This document shows, in pieces, positions 1-14,200 of a DNA stretch of 64,000 nucleotides. The position numbers and the translations under genes are program-made. How positions within the stretch are numbered: position 1 is the first letter of the stretch; each line of letters opens with the position of its first letter. The stretch lies in NCBI GenBank assembly GCA_964247055.1, contig OZ176055.1, positions 2,976,001-3,040,000 on the forward strand, given 5' to 3'. The stretch is from Paragordius varius. Lineage: Eukaryota > Animalia > Nematomorpha. The notes under the pieces were generated by a model that was not told where the DNA came from, did not search any database, and saw only the letters and a program-made list of their open reading frames with translations.

Positions 1-235
1 TTTTTTTTCAAAAGCCGACCATATATAAACCTTTATTTATCCTATAAAAAACATTTAATAACAATCGTAAAATACTTAATTGATTGTGTTACTAATTTAC
101 ATTTCTATAATGTACTTTGTAGTTAAAAACAATCAGTTATATTTCAAAAAATCAATATAAAAAAGTATGGTTGTCTTTTAAAAAAATAATAATTTATCGT
201 TATATTTCACGTTTTGTCCGTATAATTTCAATTTT
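1..235. repeat. Dispersed repeat; inverted copy at about 49190-49410, short related pieces near 12061, 15590 and 48440
   Basis: 1-235 (e.g. aaaaagtatggttgtctttt, atatttcacgttttgtccgtataatttcaattttt) reads as the diverged reverse complement of 49190-49410. Confidence 0.7.
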
Positions 236-348
236 TGCATGAATACTCTATATAAATGTAAAATTTGTTTAAATAAACGTTTTACCAGTCACCTTAACTA
301 AATATTAATAATATGGTATGTAATATAGATAGGTATAATAATAAATAC

Positions 349-2170
349 TTGACAAATATTAAAACGCCCAAATAACCGTGTATTGGCAATCATAGGACTT
401 CGACTTAAATCAATGTGATCTCCACACTTGTAGATTTTAACTGTAAACGGATTATTATTTTCCGATGACGCTTGCTCAGCCATTTGTTTGGCTTGTTCTT
501 GCTTTATTCTAAAATAAAAAATTTTTATACAACTAATTGATGATTTATTTTAAATTTTGCAATTTACATATCAAAAATATAAGTAGTTTTACATTTTCAT
601 TTAACAATTAAACTTTGCATTATTGAGTTTAAACTTACTTAGTATAAGGAAATTACAATTTGATAATATACTCAAACAAAATGGATTTTATCCTGAGGGT
701 AGTGATAAAAGTTATTTAATTCAAAATATATCATTTGAAACTTACAAATAGTAAATATCAAATAAACCCCATTTTTGGTCAGAATTCCAGTTGATTAAAA
801 ACTGATTTAGAAATCGAAACTACATTTTGACTCAAAATGGTAAACTATATTTATATGGGATAAAATATTAAAAATGAATTGACTTAAAATCTATAAAATA
901 AAATCAAAACTTTTTCTAGATTCAAATTTGTAAAGCGAAATTCATACAATGAAAAACAAAAAATAAAAAAAACAGATTTTTTTTTACTTGGAATCCTGAA
1001 AGATTTCAAGGGCTTTATCTATACCAACCTTTAATGGAATAATGTCATGTTCTTGCCAGCAAAATACGTTAGCCTCTTTTTCTAAGATACGATATTCAGC
1101 TTTAGTAGATTCCCAAAGTCCATTATTCGTTGATGGGAGATGAAAATCATAGGAAAAATGGCATCGATTAACTAAATATAATGTTGAATAGGTTAAATTA
1201 GTTGAATTTAAATACATTGACAATTAATTACATACTTTGATTAACCCTAAAATATTTCTTTTATAAAAAATTTATAACATAATAATACTTTTTTTGAAAC
1301 AATATACTGCAAAACAATAAAAAATCATAAAGGGTGTAAAAATAATTAAACTCAATTTTTAGTTTAGACGACCAGTGACCCTCATACCGCGGCATTAAAA
1401 AATTTTTTTGGCACTAAAATATTTATACAAAAATTTAATTTATTGTGGGTCTAAATATCTGAAAATGTTTCAAACAGCTCCCCTGAGACGAGATAAAAAA
1501 ACTTTGCGGTTCTTTAAATTTTTTCTTGAGTATCATTGGTTTAGCAAAAATAAAAGGACTAAATTTGACATGTTCAGATAAGCTATAATGTTGAATAGGT
1601 ATTAATGCTCAAATCTATTTTAAAGTTCAAGAATCAATTTGAAGGCATGAATATATTAAAAGGTCAACGATATTTTCAAAAATGAATAATGCACAAATAC
1701 CGTCGATTGGAGCCCAAGAGTAAAGAGTTGGTATGTTGTTATCGTTAAAAGAAGTTTCAATCGTCCTTCCCAAAATGAATGCTCCAGTTCGCCAAAAACA
1801 TTTATTGAGATATCGTGGATCTTCGTTTTTAAAATGCAAAAAATGGATTTCACTATCGCCTTGAAGGGGTAAATGCATATCCCAAGGCACACCATTGACT
1901 AAGGCTAATGCAGCTCGTTTACTAACATACTCATGAATATCTAGAATAATAAAAAATTATACGTTTGGCACAATCAAATGGGGTTGAGATATGTTTGTTC
2001 ATTACTAAATTGCATTCTTGCGGTGGCCCATTTATGCGTACTTTAATTTTTTCAACCTTTGTTATCAACGATTTTTGACGTAAAACTTCTTTTTTAAAAA
2101 GGGTAATTCGATTTTTTCGCACAACATCAAAAAGATTGGGTTGTTTTAGGACTGACAATGATTTAGCCAT
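349..2170 (-). CDS. MRPL39: Mitochondrial ribosomal protein mL39 (partial; last exon(s) unresolved or beyond the window start)
   Basis: Exons 2170-1963, 1940-1701, 1171-988 and 508-349 join in phase through GT-AG introns (intron 1 is 22 nt). Motifs LFKKEVLRQ..VEKIKV, VMNKHISTPFDCAKH, ALVNGVPWDMHLPL, KCFWRTGAFILG, ALEIFQDSK and KCGDHIDLSRSPMI match metazoan mL39 from memory. First in-frame ATG is at 2170. Confidence 0.9.
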
Positions 2171-2217
2171 GTGCGTAAAATTCTTACGTATGACTTTGCG
2201 AGACTCCCGATAAAAGC

Positions 2218-5200
2218 ATGGATATTGCAAGCAAAGGGTTTATTCTTTCAAGGAACCTGATTGTAAAATTTCGGCTAAATAACCGTTTTATAAGTTTAAT
2301 TAAATCTCCAAAAATTTTTGATAATGTTGAAGAAGTCGTAAAAGATGTTCAGGATGGATCACTGTTAATTATGGGAGGTATTTATATTTTCATAACTTAC
2401 TTATAGGTTTTGGCGTTTGTGGTATACCGCAAAATATCATCTCCGGTTTAATTAAAAAAGGCGTCAAAGATTTAACGATTGTTAGTAATAATGCTGGTGT
2501 TGAGAATTTTGGTATCGGAATGCTACTTAAAACTAAACAGGTTTTTGTTTTTAACTAATCTTTAAGGTTAAAAAAATGATATCATCCTATGTTGGAGAAA
2601 ATCCCGATTTCGTTAAGCAATATTTATCTGGCGAATTGGAAGTTGAACTAACTCCTCAGGTTTTGGATTATAAAAAAATAAATATTTTTAATACCAACAA
2701 TATATTTAATAAAAATTAATTTTAAATTACTTTTGGTTTTATATTATATTGAAGCCTTTTTTTCATGGTTTTTATATATAAGTTTTACACAGTTAATATT
2801 AATTCCCTTTCATTTTTATTTGCAGTTTAAAATTATATAGTTTTTTATATAATAGGGAACTATTGCCGAGCGTCTCAGAGCTGCCGGTGCGGGTATCCCA
2901 GCTTTTTTTACTCCAACCGGTAGTTATTAAAATTTAAATAGATTTTTACAAATAAAAATTTTTCTTTTTTAAATCGCTATCTGGAAAACATTTTAAAATG
3001 TTTAACACTTCATAACTTTTTAAATTTCTATACATATTGGGGGTATAAATCCCTTAATTTAAAATTTATAAGTGCCGTCAAATTGCAAATATATTTCTGA
3101 TTGCCAGCTATAAATAAAAAATCAAAAATATTTTGATGACATATAAATTTTTACGATATTTCATTGTTTAGAAATATTTTTTGTAAAATGTGTTTAAAAA
3201 TCATATATCCACATTAAATTTGGCCTATATTGTAAAAAATTTGATATTTACATATAAAATCTCTGGCGAATTGAAAAACTAAAGAAATTTAAAAAATTTA
3301 TTTTCTTAAAAAATATTTTTTTCTTTTCTAAATACTCACATAGTAATTATTTAAAAAAATTTTTATTTTGCGATTAAAATTCATTGTTACTATAAACAAG
3401 GTTTTTTTAAATAGTTTCGTTTATTCCTATCCTTATGGATTAATTTAAAGTAAAAAATTTAATTTGAAAGCATTAAACTAGTTCAAAGAACTATATATTG
3501 AATCGTTTAACTCAACACCCCGTTTTTTAGTTTTGGTTTATTTTAAATCAAAAAATTATTTTTATATAGCGGAATAGGAATTAAGTTTCTAATTCCACTA
3601 GTTAAAAATGGTTAAAATAAATAACTGTAATATAAGCCCTAATTTTTATCGTTAATTAACTAAACCTTTGATTTTGACGATAGATATTCGTAACATTGTT
3701 AAACGTTACAAATGTTGATATCAAAATATATTAATATTTTTATACAATAATATATATATATATATATAATAATATTTTTTTTGTAATTTTTAATAACTGT
3801 CTATAGGGTATGGTACTTTAGTTCAAGAAGGTGGTATGCCAATTAAATACAGTAAAGACGGCAAGACGATAGAAAAAATAAGTCAGCCCAAAGAAGTATA
3901 TATATACAAATATTTCATATATCTAAAAAAGATAGATAAATTTATATAAGTTCGGAGAAGAGGTTTAACCAGTAAAATAAACGTATATTCCTCTATAAAA
4001 CACATTTCTGGAAAAACATTAAAAACAAATTTTTTTATAAAATAAAATTAATTGTATATTAATGTATTTAGGTGCGAGAATTTGATGGACGCCCTTATGT
4101 CTTAGAAACTGCCCTGAGAGGAGATTTTGCCTTAGTTAAGGCATGGAAAGCCGATAGACTTGGAAATTTAGTCTTTCGAAAATCTGCACGAAATTTTAAT
4201 CTTCCGGCCTGTAAGGCCGCTAAAATTACGATTGCCGAGGTTTGAATTTTTTGATTTTAAGTCAAAAATAGGTTAATGGTTGAGTTATTGCGTTAATTAA
4301 TTAATATGCATATATTTTGTGTTGGTTTAATTTAAAAATATAAAAAAAAATCAGATGGATTTTTTTATCCTATTTTGTCTTATACAAATTTAATTATGTT
4401 TAAAAATAGATTGATAGGGATAATTCCATATAATATAAATTAGATATGTCTGTGTAATTTGTTAATATTAATGCTAAAATAATTCTTTTGAAAAATGAGT
4501 TGGTTTAAGAAAATCATGTGATTTTTTACATATTGAATTAGCTAAATATGCATATATTTTGTCGATAAAAAATAAAATATAGCTGTATAAAGATATGCGA
4601 GATAATCGTTTTAGAAAAGCAAATGGTATTTTTTTCACCCCTAATTAATTAAACATGGTTAATAACCTATGTGATATTAAATTATAAATAGGCATGTTAA
4701 AAAATAATTTAAATTTTTTTCCAATTAAAAATAGGTGGAAGAAATTGTTCCTGAGGGCCAACTAGATCCTGATTGTATACATGTTCCATCTGTTTATGTT
4801 CATCGAATCGTTCAATGTGAACCGTCAAAACGGATTGAAAAAGTATTTTATTTGAAAAAGAAGATTGTGATAATTTTTTAAATTGTTACTTTTTTTAACC
4901 ATGATAATATGATGTATATTAATAATTGAATATATTATTGAATAAAAAATTTGAAAAAAAAAGCTCTTTAAGTATAATTATACGTTTTTTAAATTATATT
5001 TTTTGAAATATTAGAAAATAAATTAAAATTGCACGGTTTTCACATATTTTGTATCAAAATACCTTTTATATAATATTCTATATTTATTAACATAATTAAT
5101 CAGATTCTAACTCAGGATCGTAGTTTACTCATCAAAAATAAATTAACTTGTTTAGAATTTTTTACTGGTTATCTAATTTATAACTCAGATATCTTCTTTT

Positions 5201-8200
5201 TAATATCTTTAATTTTTTTGAATTCTGTTTGACATTTGTGCTGTGCTTTGTTTGCTTTATTCTTTTTTTATTTTATTTTAACGGGTTTTAAAGGTTAAAT
5301 TACAAAATATTGCTCAAACTGAATCTGAGGGTGCTTCATCGCTACCCCCTGCCGAATTATACCGCGTTAGGATAGCAAAACGTGTCACCAAAGAATTCCC
5401 ATTAATAGGTTTTTCATATGGTTAATAATTCCGATTTCCAAAATAGTTGAAAATCTTTAAATGTCATAATTTAATGAAATTAGGTCTGAATCTTATAAGA
5501 ATGTTTGTGGTTAAAGGATTGGACTTGGCTAGATCACTGAGACAGTGAATTAAATGAAATGCAAAAAGTTTTAGACATATGTTTATATACTACTTAAATA
5601 TATAAGAATACTTTATACGAAAATTTAATCTATCTAAAAAACGATTTTAAACATTTTTTGTTAAATTTAACTATTTACTCTAAATAAAATGTTCTCAATA
5701 GTATTAAAGCAAATATTATATACTTACTTTATCGTTTCGTCTTTAATTATTTCTATTATTTAATATTGGTTAAATAAATTGTATTTATTAATGATGAGAT
5801 AAATAAAATATGTTTTTTACCAATCAAAACTAATTTATCATGGAGAATTATCATGAAAACTAAGTTTTGCAATTTAAAATATCAAAAACGATAAATGAAA
5901 TTTCTCTTTAAATATTTTTAAATAAATTTTATTTTATTCATTAATTTATACAGATAATGTGAGTCGAGAAGCGTATGCTAATTTGGGAATAGGAATGCCT
6001 ATGCTTGTCGGCGATTATTTATCCTCACCTCGGCGAAATGTTATACTTCAAAGTGAAAATGGGATTTTGGGTTTAGTAAGTATTAATATAATAATATTAA
6101 ATTGCTTTCAAACATGATATTTTTAAAGGTTTGTAGTAAGTAACTTTCAAAGGGTTTTTTTCAAGGATTAAATTTCACATTACTGGATAGTGTTTTATAG
6201 GAACTCTTGAAAATTTAATATACAGTGTATTTAGCGAAAATAGTTTATTATTAAATTTTTATTATTTGTTTATTTTCGTTAATTTTACTGTGACAGGAAA
6301 TTTTCAAGGTTGAATTCTGTTAACTGCTCTCCAAGGTCGTCTGTTTTCTTTCATCCTCCATTTTCAGATTTAAAACAGTATTAGATTGCATCCAAAACAT
6401 TAAATTTTAATAAATTTATTAGGCAGTGTGTCGATAAATCATTCGGTAATTTATCGTTTTAAAATCGTACATGGCGATCCCCGCCTTTTCTTTTTTGTCA
6501 GATTTCCCATTCCAAAAAAAATGATCAATAATTACCTACAATTAACATTTTTTTATTAACGCTAAATAGAACAAATATTTATTATTCTTTAAGCCAAGGC
6601 CTAATATCTTTCCAATCTTCAGACAATAATTGCAATCAAATTTTTACCATTTGTTTTGCGAGGGGATGACTTTTTACTATTGAAAAAAAAAGTATAAAAA
6701 TAGCTTAAAAAGTTTTTACAACTGTGTTTATACGAACGTTTGGGTTTTATTTGGTGAGCAAATTTTGTAAAAAAAGAACTGGAGTCCCCATTTTTTTTTG
6801 CAACACGATTTAAATCAAATGTTGAACTAATACACTTTATCTCCGGCATAAACAAATATTATATCTGATTCTTTTAAGATAAGCATTTTGCCAGCATATT
6901 TCTAAAAAAGATTAATTAACAATTTATTAAAAAATTTTAATTCCGATCTTGAAGATATATATTGTCATATTTTAAATTTTTGAACAAATTTTTTTTGTTT
7001 AAATGAAACTTTTTTGATATCTATAAAAAATTCGGATATATTTGATTGGTAAGTACATTTATTTGATTGTGATATACTATTGATAATCTTTAGGGAAAAT
7101 TAATGAATTGCGAATAAAAAATATGTTATACAATTTTTTTAATTATTATGTAAAAATTTAAGGTACACTTTTAAATCACGCTTAACTTAAAGCACTAAAA
7201 TTAATGATAATTACGGATAATATCACTAAAGATTTAATTGGAATCATAAAAATTCAGCAATAATCGAATTTATTTAAAATAGCACCAATTAAACTTTATC
7301 AAACGTACAAAAATTTTAAAGCATTTTTTCACTATCAAAGATCTGCCTTAGTTTAAAAAATAAAAAATTATTTATTAATAATAGCAAATCGACAAATTTT
7401 AAAATCAGCAATAAAAATTATTAATATTGTTTGAAATCAGTTTTCGATACTTTTCTAAAAAGCAATTTTTAGAGAAAGATGTTTAAACTAAGTTTTTAAC
7501 CATTGAAAAAAAAAACTAATTATTTAATTAGGGTCCATATCCCAAAAGCAAGGAGGAATGCGACTCTGACCTCATAAATGCCGGAAAGGAAACTGTTACA
7601 ATATTGCCAGGCGCGTCATTTTTCTCTTCTGATGAATCTTTTGCCATGATACGTGGTGGCCATATGGATGTAACTGTTTTAGGAGCTATGCAAGTTTTAA
7701 AACTTTTTTAACTTTGTTAACTTTTTTGTTCTTTCAAAACTTTTTTATGTTATCGTCAAAACGTATATTTCTTTGGTGGTGTTGGTATATTTTGCAGCAA
7801 AGCCATTTTTTCAATGATATGTAAAAAGATTTATTTTGAAAGGATTTTTTACAACATGTATTAAGATCATAATAAACTTCAATTATGAAGTCAAAGCACT
7901 GCCTCATACAATTTTATCTAATAGAATAATGATATGAAATTATGATTTACGATATGTCTAGAGCAGTGATACTCAAACCGCGGCCCGCGGGCCGCATGCG
8001 GCCCGCAGTGTGCTTTAAAAATGCACTATGACTGATATTTAATTTTTTTTAAATAATATTTAATTTTTACCCAATTTGAAATGTAGAAAAATTTTCTACA
8101 TCAAAATGATTTTAAAATTTATGATTTATGGGCACACGTTGTTTCTTCTTCTTTTCTTTTTGAAATTTTTATTGCATTTTTTTTTTGTTTTCACCCATTG

Positions 8201-11200
8201 CACATACATTTCATTGCTATCCTGCATCATTTTTAAAACTCATTCTCATAAAATATTTTCAACTCAATATCATTAAATTTCGACCTGTTTTTTATAGCAT
8301 AATACAATTTATATTCCTATCTTTTTAACATAATATTTAAACATAAATTCAAAGGATGACATCTAATGCCAAACGTAAATTATCCGATGAAAATCGCTCC
8401 TTTAAAAAAGAATGGGAAACTAATTTTTTTGTCGTTTTAAATAACAATGTTGCTACCTGCCTTATATGCAAAAACAATATAATTATAAAAAAATTCAATA
8501 TTGAAAGACATTTTAAAATCCATCATTCTCATAAATTACCAGAAAATCTTGAGGAAAGAAATGAAAAATATAAAAATTTTAAGGAATTATACGAGAAAGA
8601 AAAATCTATTATGGCCATAGCTTTTTCCCAGGAAAAAGCTGTAACATTAGCTTCGTATGAAATATGCTATATTTTAGGAAAAAATATGAAACCGTTTACT
8701 GATTCCCAACTAATAAAAGAATGTTTAATAAATGGTTGCACTTTTTTATTTGATAAATTCCATAATAAAGATCCATGAGGCAAATTAAAAAACTTCAACT
8801 TTCTGATTCAACATGTGGTCGACGCATTGAAGATATGTCTAAATATATTTTTAACAATACATTATTGGCTCTGAAAAATTGCAAATACTTCAGTATTGCA
8901 ATCGATTCTAGCACTGATATAAGTTCAACACCTCAATGTGCGCTCTTCGTGAGATTTTGCAACGACAACAAAATCAACGAGGAATATTTGAAATTTTTAC
9001 CAATGAATACACAAAAGGCAGTGATTTTCTTGAAGTAATTAGCACCTTTTTCGATAATAATGGTATATCTATGAAAAAATTGGTTTCCATCTGCACAGAT
9101 GGCTGTCCCTCTATGATTGGAATAAACAAAGGGTTTATTTCTCTTTTAAAAAACAAATATAATTTGCAAAATCTATTATCCTTTCACTGCTTTATTCATC
9201 AGCAAAACTTGGTTTCGCGTGTAAAAGATGAATCACTAAATTTAGTAATTAAAACGGTTGTGGATATAGTTAACTACATCCGTGGCAGAGAATTCATCAC
9301 CGTAAATTCAAAAACCTTCTGAAAGATATCCACAGTGAGTTTGATGATATTCTTTTGTACACCGCTGTGAGATGGCTAAGCCTTAGCAAAGTATTGAATA
9401 GATTTTTTGATTTAAGACATGAAATTCTATTATTTATAAAAGATAACAGAAAGTTTGACGAGGAAATTAATAGTGACAAATGGTAAGTTTTATTAGCCTA
9501 CCTTTGCGACATTACTTATAAACTTAGTACTTTTAATACAAGTCTTCAAGGGAGCAAAATAATAACCCAATTTGCTAATCATATATTTGCTTTTGAAGAA
9601 AAATTAATAATATATAAACAAGATTTTATAGATAAAACACTCCTACATTTTCCAACCAAAACGATTTATAAAGAAAATATGGAATTTACCGCGGATATTA
9701 ATTTAATAATAGACAATCATTTAACATTTTTATCTAATGAGATGAAATTCAGATTTCAAGAATTAAAAAATATAAAAAATTGCTTAAAGCTAGTGGAAAA
9801 TCCATGTCATATGGATATATCCAACATTAAGCAACTTGAGCTTTTCGGTTATGATCAGGCGGTTATAATTGAATCGTTGATTTTAAAAATGATTCCAATT
9901 TGGAAGCTATATTTAAGGAAAACCGTAGAGAAGAAAGATATGTAGAGTTTTGGCAAGTTGTGCCAAATAAATATGAAAATATAAAAAAATGTGCTCAAGT
10001 TGTCTTAACTATTTTTCCATCAACTTACACATGTGAGACGGCATATTCAAAAATGAAGTATATTAAGAATACTTACAGAAATCGCTTAACTAATGATCAT
10101 ATGGACGACGTATTAAGAATGGCCTGCCATGAGGCGAAACCAAATTTGTCAAAAATTATTGGTTAATATTAAAATAAATGTTGTTATCAATATATTTTAA
10201 TTTTTAAAAAATGGTACAAAACGAATTTTTAGCTGGATTTACATGCGACCCGCAAAAAATTTATTGTGCTGATTTAGAGTATAAATATGTGCGTTGTCAA
10301 ATAGCTGAATATTTGCCATTATAAGGTTCATGGCCCTCGAAAAAAAAATATGTTTTATTTGGCCCGTCAAATTTTTTTGGTGAGTACCACTGGTCTAGAG
10401 TCTAACTTGTTATGCTTCATTAATATTTTTGCGGGATCTATATTTTTTATAAATGGAATATGTGGGTAGTCAACTAATCCACACATGCCATTAAATTTTT
10501 ATAATAAAAAGTAATGTGGTTAATATTTTTCTCAAGAATGATAATAAAATTATTAATAATTTTTGGTAGATATATGAGGTGCTTTTTTATTTTACCTTGC
10601 ACAAATATGGTTGGTATACTTAATTAATGCTTACAAAGATTTGATGTTGGGCATTGCGAATTTGAAGTTGAAAATATTGTGAAAATAGAAAAATTTTGAA
10701 TATATAATGTTTATGTATAATTTTCAGCTTAAGTTTTATTTGATTTTGGTGTAAAAAACGTTTTAAATGTATAGATATCACTTATTTGAACTTTAAATAA
10801 AATTTCCGATTGTCATTTAATTTGTTGTTTTATTACTATTTATCTTTTAAACTCTCTAATCACTGCCGATTTATTTAGAATGGGTTACCTTCTATATAGA
10901 TATTTTATTTTGATATGTAATAGAGGCCATCAACATTTTTTATAGGTCGGTTTAATGTTTAAGAAATTATGGAAAGTTTAATAAGAGAATGAGAATGCGA
11001 ATATAATAATAAAAAAAGAGTGAAAGATTATAAAATGAAACGGATAACAAAGTTTAGTTAGACAAAAATATTTGATTTGAAAAAGTTAAACATTGGATTT
11101 TGGTGCCGATTATGAATCATTTATTTAAATTTATTCTAACTCTACCATTTACAAACTATTAAAATATTTAAATCACAAATTACGATCAATCATTATGAAA

Positions 11201-14200
11201 CATTATCCTTAGTGTTTGCTTGAGAAAACCTGCAAAAATGCTGCCTTAAACCACGGGCCTAAATAGGCTTAAAAAAGTTGAATTTATTTTATAAAAATGA
11301 TTTGCGTTGTTATTAAGATATAGTCCAAGAAGGAAATCATAATGTGAGAATGCTATGAGTTGCTTGTGGTGACCAGCTTTTAACACATAAAATTTGTGTC
11401 CTTATCAATTGATTTTGTATTTTACAATATATTTTTGCCTTATTGAGTGGTTTTAGACTAGTTTTAAGAACCATATTTATAAGCTATCCACGGTTATTGT
11501 TTTAGGACCGCTCAAAAATTATATTCCATGTATATTAGTCATTCGTCATATATTATAGATAATAATTTTTTGTATAGGTTAGTCAATATGGTGATTTAGC
11601 TAATTGGATGATTCCAGGGAAAATGGTTAAAGGTATGGGCGGAGCTATGGACCTTGTATCTTCGCCCAACACAAAAGTTATCATCACAATGGAACACAAT
11701 GCAAGGGTAATTGTTGTCTCATTATATTTTTCCGAGTTGAAATGTAAAATATATGGGTAAAATGTATAAGACAAATTTTTTATATCTTTAATTTTGTGAT
11801 ATATCATCGTTTTGGCTTGCAGAATTAGGCATAGAGATGTAAATGGTAACGCACTCAATTATATTTATTCAATATTGTCCTTAGGTCGTTTATGTTGGAA
11901 AAATTAAGGTTATGGTAAAAAGACAAACTTTTATATCTTTAATTTTGTCATATCTCATAGTTTTGGCTCCCAGATAGGCATAGAGATGTAAATGGTAACA
12001 CACCTCAATTATATTAATTCAATATTGTCATTAGGTCGTTAATGTTGGAAAAATAAGGTTCAAAAAGTATGGTTGTTTTTTCAAAAAATATTTGTTACTA
12101 GTTTATATGTATTATCTGTGTGACAGAACCTAAAAAGTTTAAAATATTATTTTTATGGAAAAAACCTGAGTTAAATTTTGATTTTGTTTTTTTTTTAATA
12201 TAGATTACAATTATAAAATATAAAAATGTTGGTGTGCGTTATCAATTTACATCTTGAATCTATGTTTTGCAACCCAGAACGATATGTTATATTAATAAGA
12301 TTTTAACAATATGTTTTTTTCTATGAAAGCATATATGCTTCTATTTTAACTGTTTTATCATGAATTTTGACTATGCCACCTTTTTTAACATTTGCAATAA
12401 TATAATCAATCCGTAATACAAGTTCCATTACAAGGTTTTAATATTTATTATGAGAATTAACACCTAATATCGATTGATAAGGTAAAATTAACTTTGTCCG
12501 TAGTACATTTTAAGTGCGTATTTTATGTTTAGTAATAATTTAAGGACCTATTTATAAATCATTATTTATTTAGGATGGCTCACCTAAAATTTTATCTGAA
12601 TGCAATTTACCCCTGACTGGGAAGCGCGTTGTGGATTTAATCGTAACTGAAAAGGTTTTTTCATTTCTTATAAAACATATTAAATTAAAATATATTTACG
12701 ATTTGTGCATCTCAAAAATGTTCTTTTTTTCATCTTGTAAAAAAACTCTTGTCCATTAAAAAAAAATTATTTTTTTGTAATGACAAAATCAGTTATATAT
12801 TTTGCGCTCTTAAACAGCTTTCCTTGATGGGAATAAAGTTTGGTTTTTGACTATTTAAAAAATTTATTTGTTCTCTTATTAATTATTCAAATAAAACCAC
12901 AAATTGCAATCGAATATTTGTAATTATTTAATTTTTAATAGGAATAATTAAACAAAATTTTTTTACTGCATACATTTTAAGGCAATCATAGTTGCTATAA
13001 TGAATGCATACATAAGGGATCGTATTTAAGAACTACAATATACCATTTTTCGGTCAAAAAGAATAATTTCAAGCAAACGCAACACTTTTTCAAGTAAACG
13101 CAAAATTTTTTCAACGCAACAGTTTTTTAAAGTAAATACAAAATAATGTATTCATTTAATTTAAATTTAAAGAATAGTTAAATTTTAGCGTTGAATTGTG
13201 ATTTTAATTGTTTTTATCAATACTTAAATTGCTTTTCAAACTTGTTAATTTGCTCATAATTTAATTTTATTTACATATATTAAATAATTTATTTTTTTAA
13301 GTTCAACTTTATTTTCATCTATAAACATATATTTTCAAATATTGGATTTTTTTTATTATTTAAAGCAAGAAAATATTATATATTTATACGTAATATGATT
13401 AATTTATTTTTGTTGATATTTTACATTATTAATTATAATTGTATGGCACGCATTCTTCAGCGTTCTTCATTTTATTCATCATTCTATAAAATACTGATTG
13501 CAATCTTCTGATGTGATTGTCTCAACTCCTTTTTCCTTCACTTATTGTTAATTATTATAGTGTCAGACAAACGCTAACGGACGTATAACTTAATTTTTGA
13601 AAATGAAAATTATTGAAGAAAACTGGTTGCCATACTCAAAACTATATGCACTATCCTTTATTACTTTTTTCTTATGGATAGTGGCATTATCATAAAAAAG
13701 ATGATATTGATATATCTCATAAAGAAATTAAAATTCGTTGAATACAACTACATTAACATTTAATGCTTGAACTTTAGTATAAACATATCCTACGGCCAAT
13801 GGCCCCAATTAAATTATAATACGGCCCCTTGGTGTGGGGATAACAACCTTTGTCCTGGATCCACCCTTAGATCTGCCTTGTGATTTTTGTAGGCGATTAT
13901 TCAGACCAGTTTCAACAATAAACAATATATGAGATGTAGTTGAATTGTTTTTAGTGTATCTATCATAAACTATATTTCTTCCTTAAATCGATACTAGTTG
14001 GAACATTGACTATGTTTATATTTCTATGTGTTAATTTTAGCGTTATTTTTGATTGAATCAATGCTCGATGTAAACTCGCAAGATATATATTAATTTTATT
14101 TTGTTTATAAATAAATTGTTTTAGTACACTAAAGGTTGCCAGAGGATTGAGCTCTATTATATTTTCTATCAAATAAGTAACGTTTTGGTTTATTTTATTG

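Noticed and set aside
2171-2230. MRPL39 start at 2230, overlapping OXCT1
   Set aside because: The ORF track used a TTG start; the first in-frame ATG is at 2170.
8076-8276. Phe-rich ORF in the hAT 5' region
   Set aside because: TTG start, low complexity, and upstream of the real transposase ATG.
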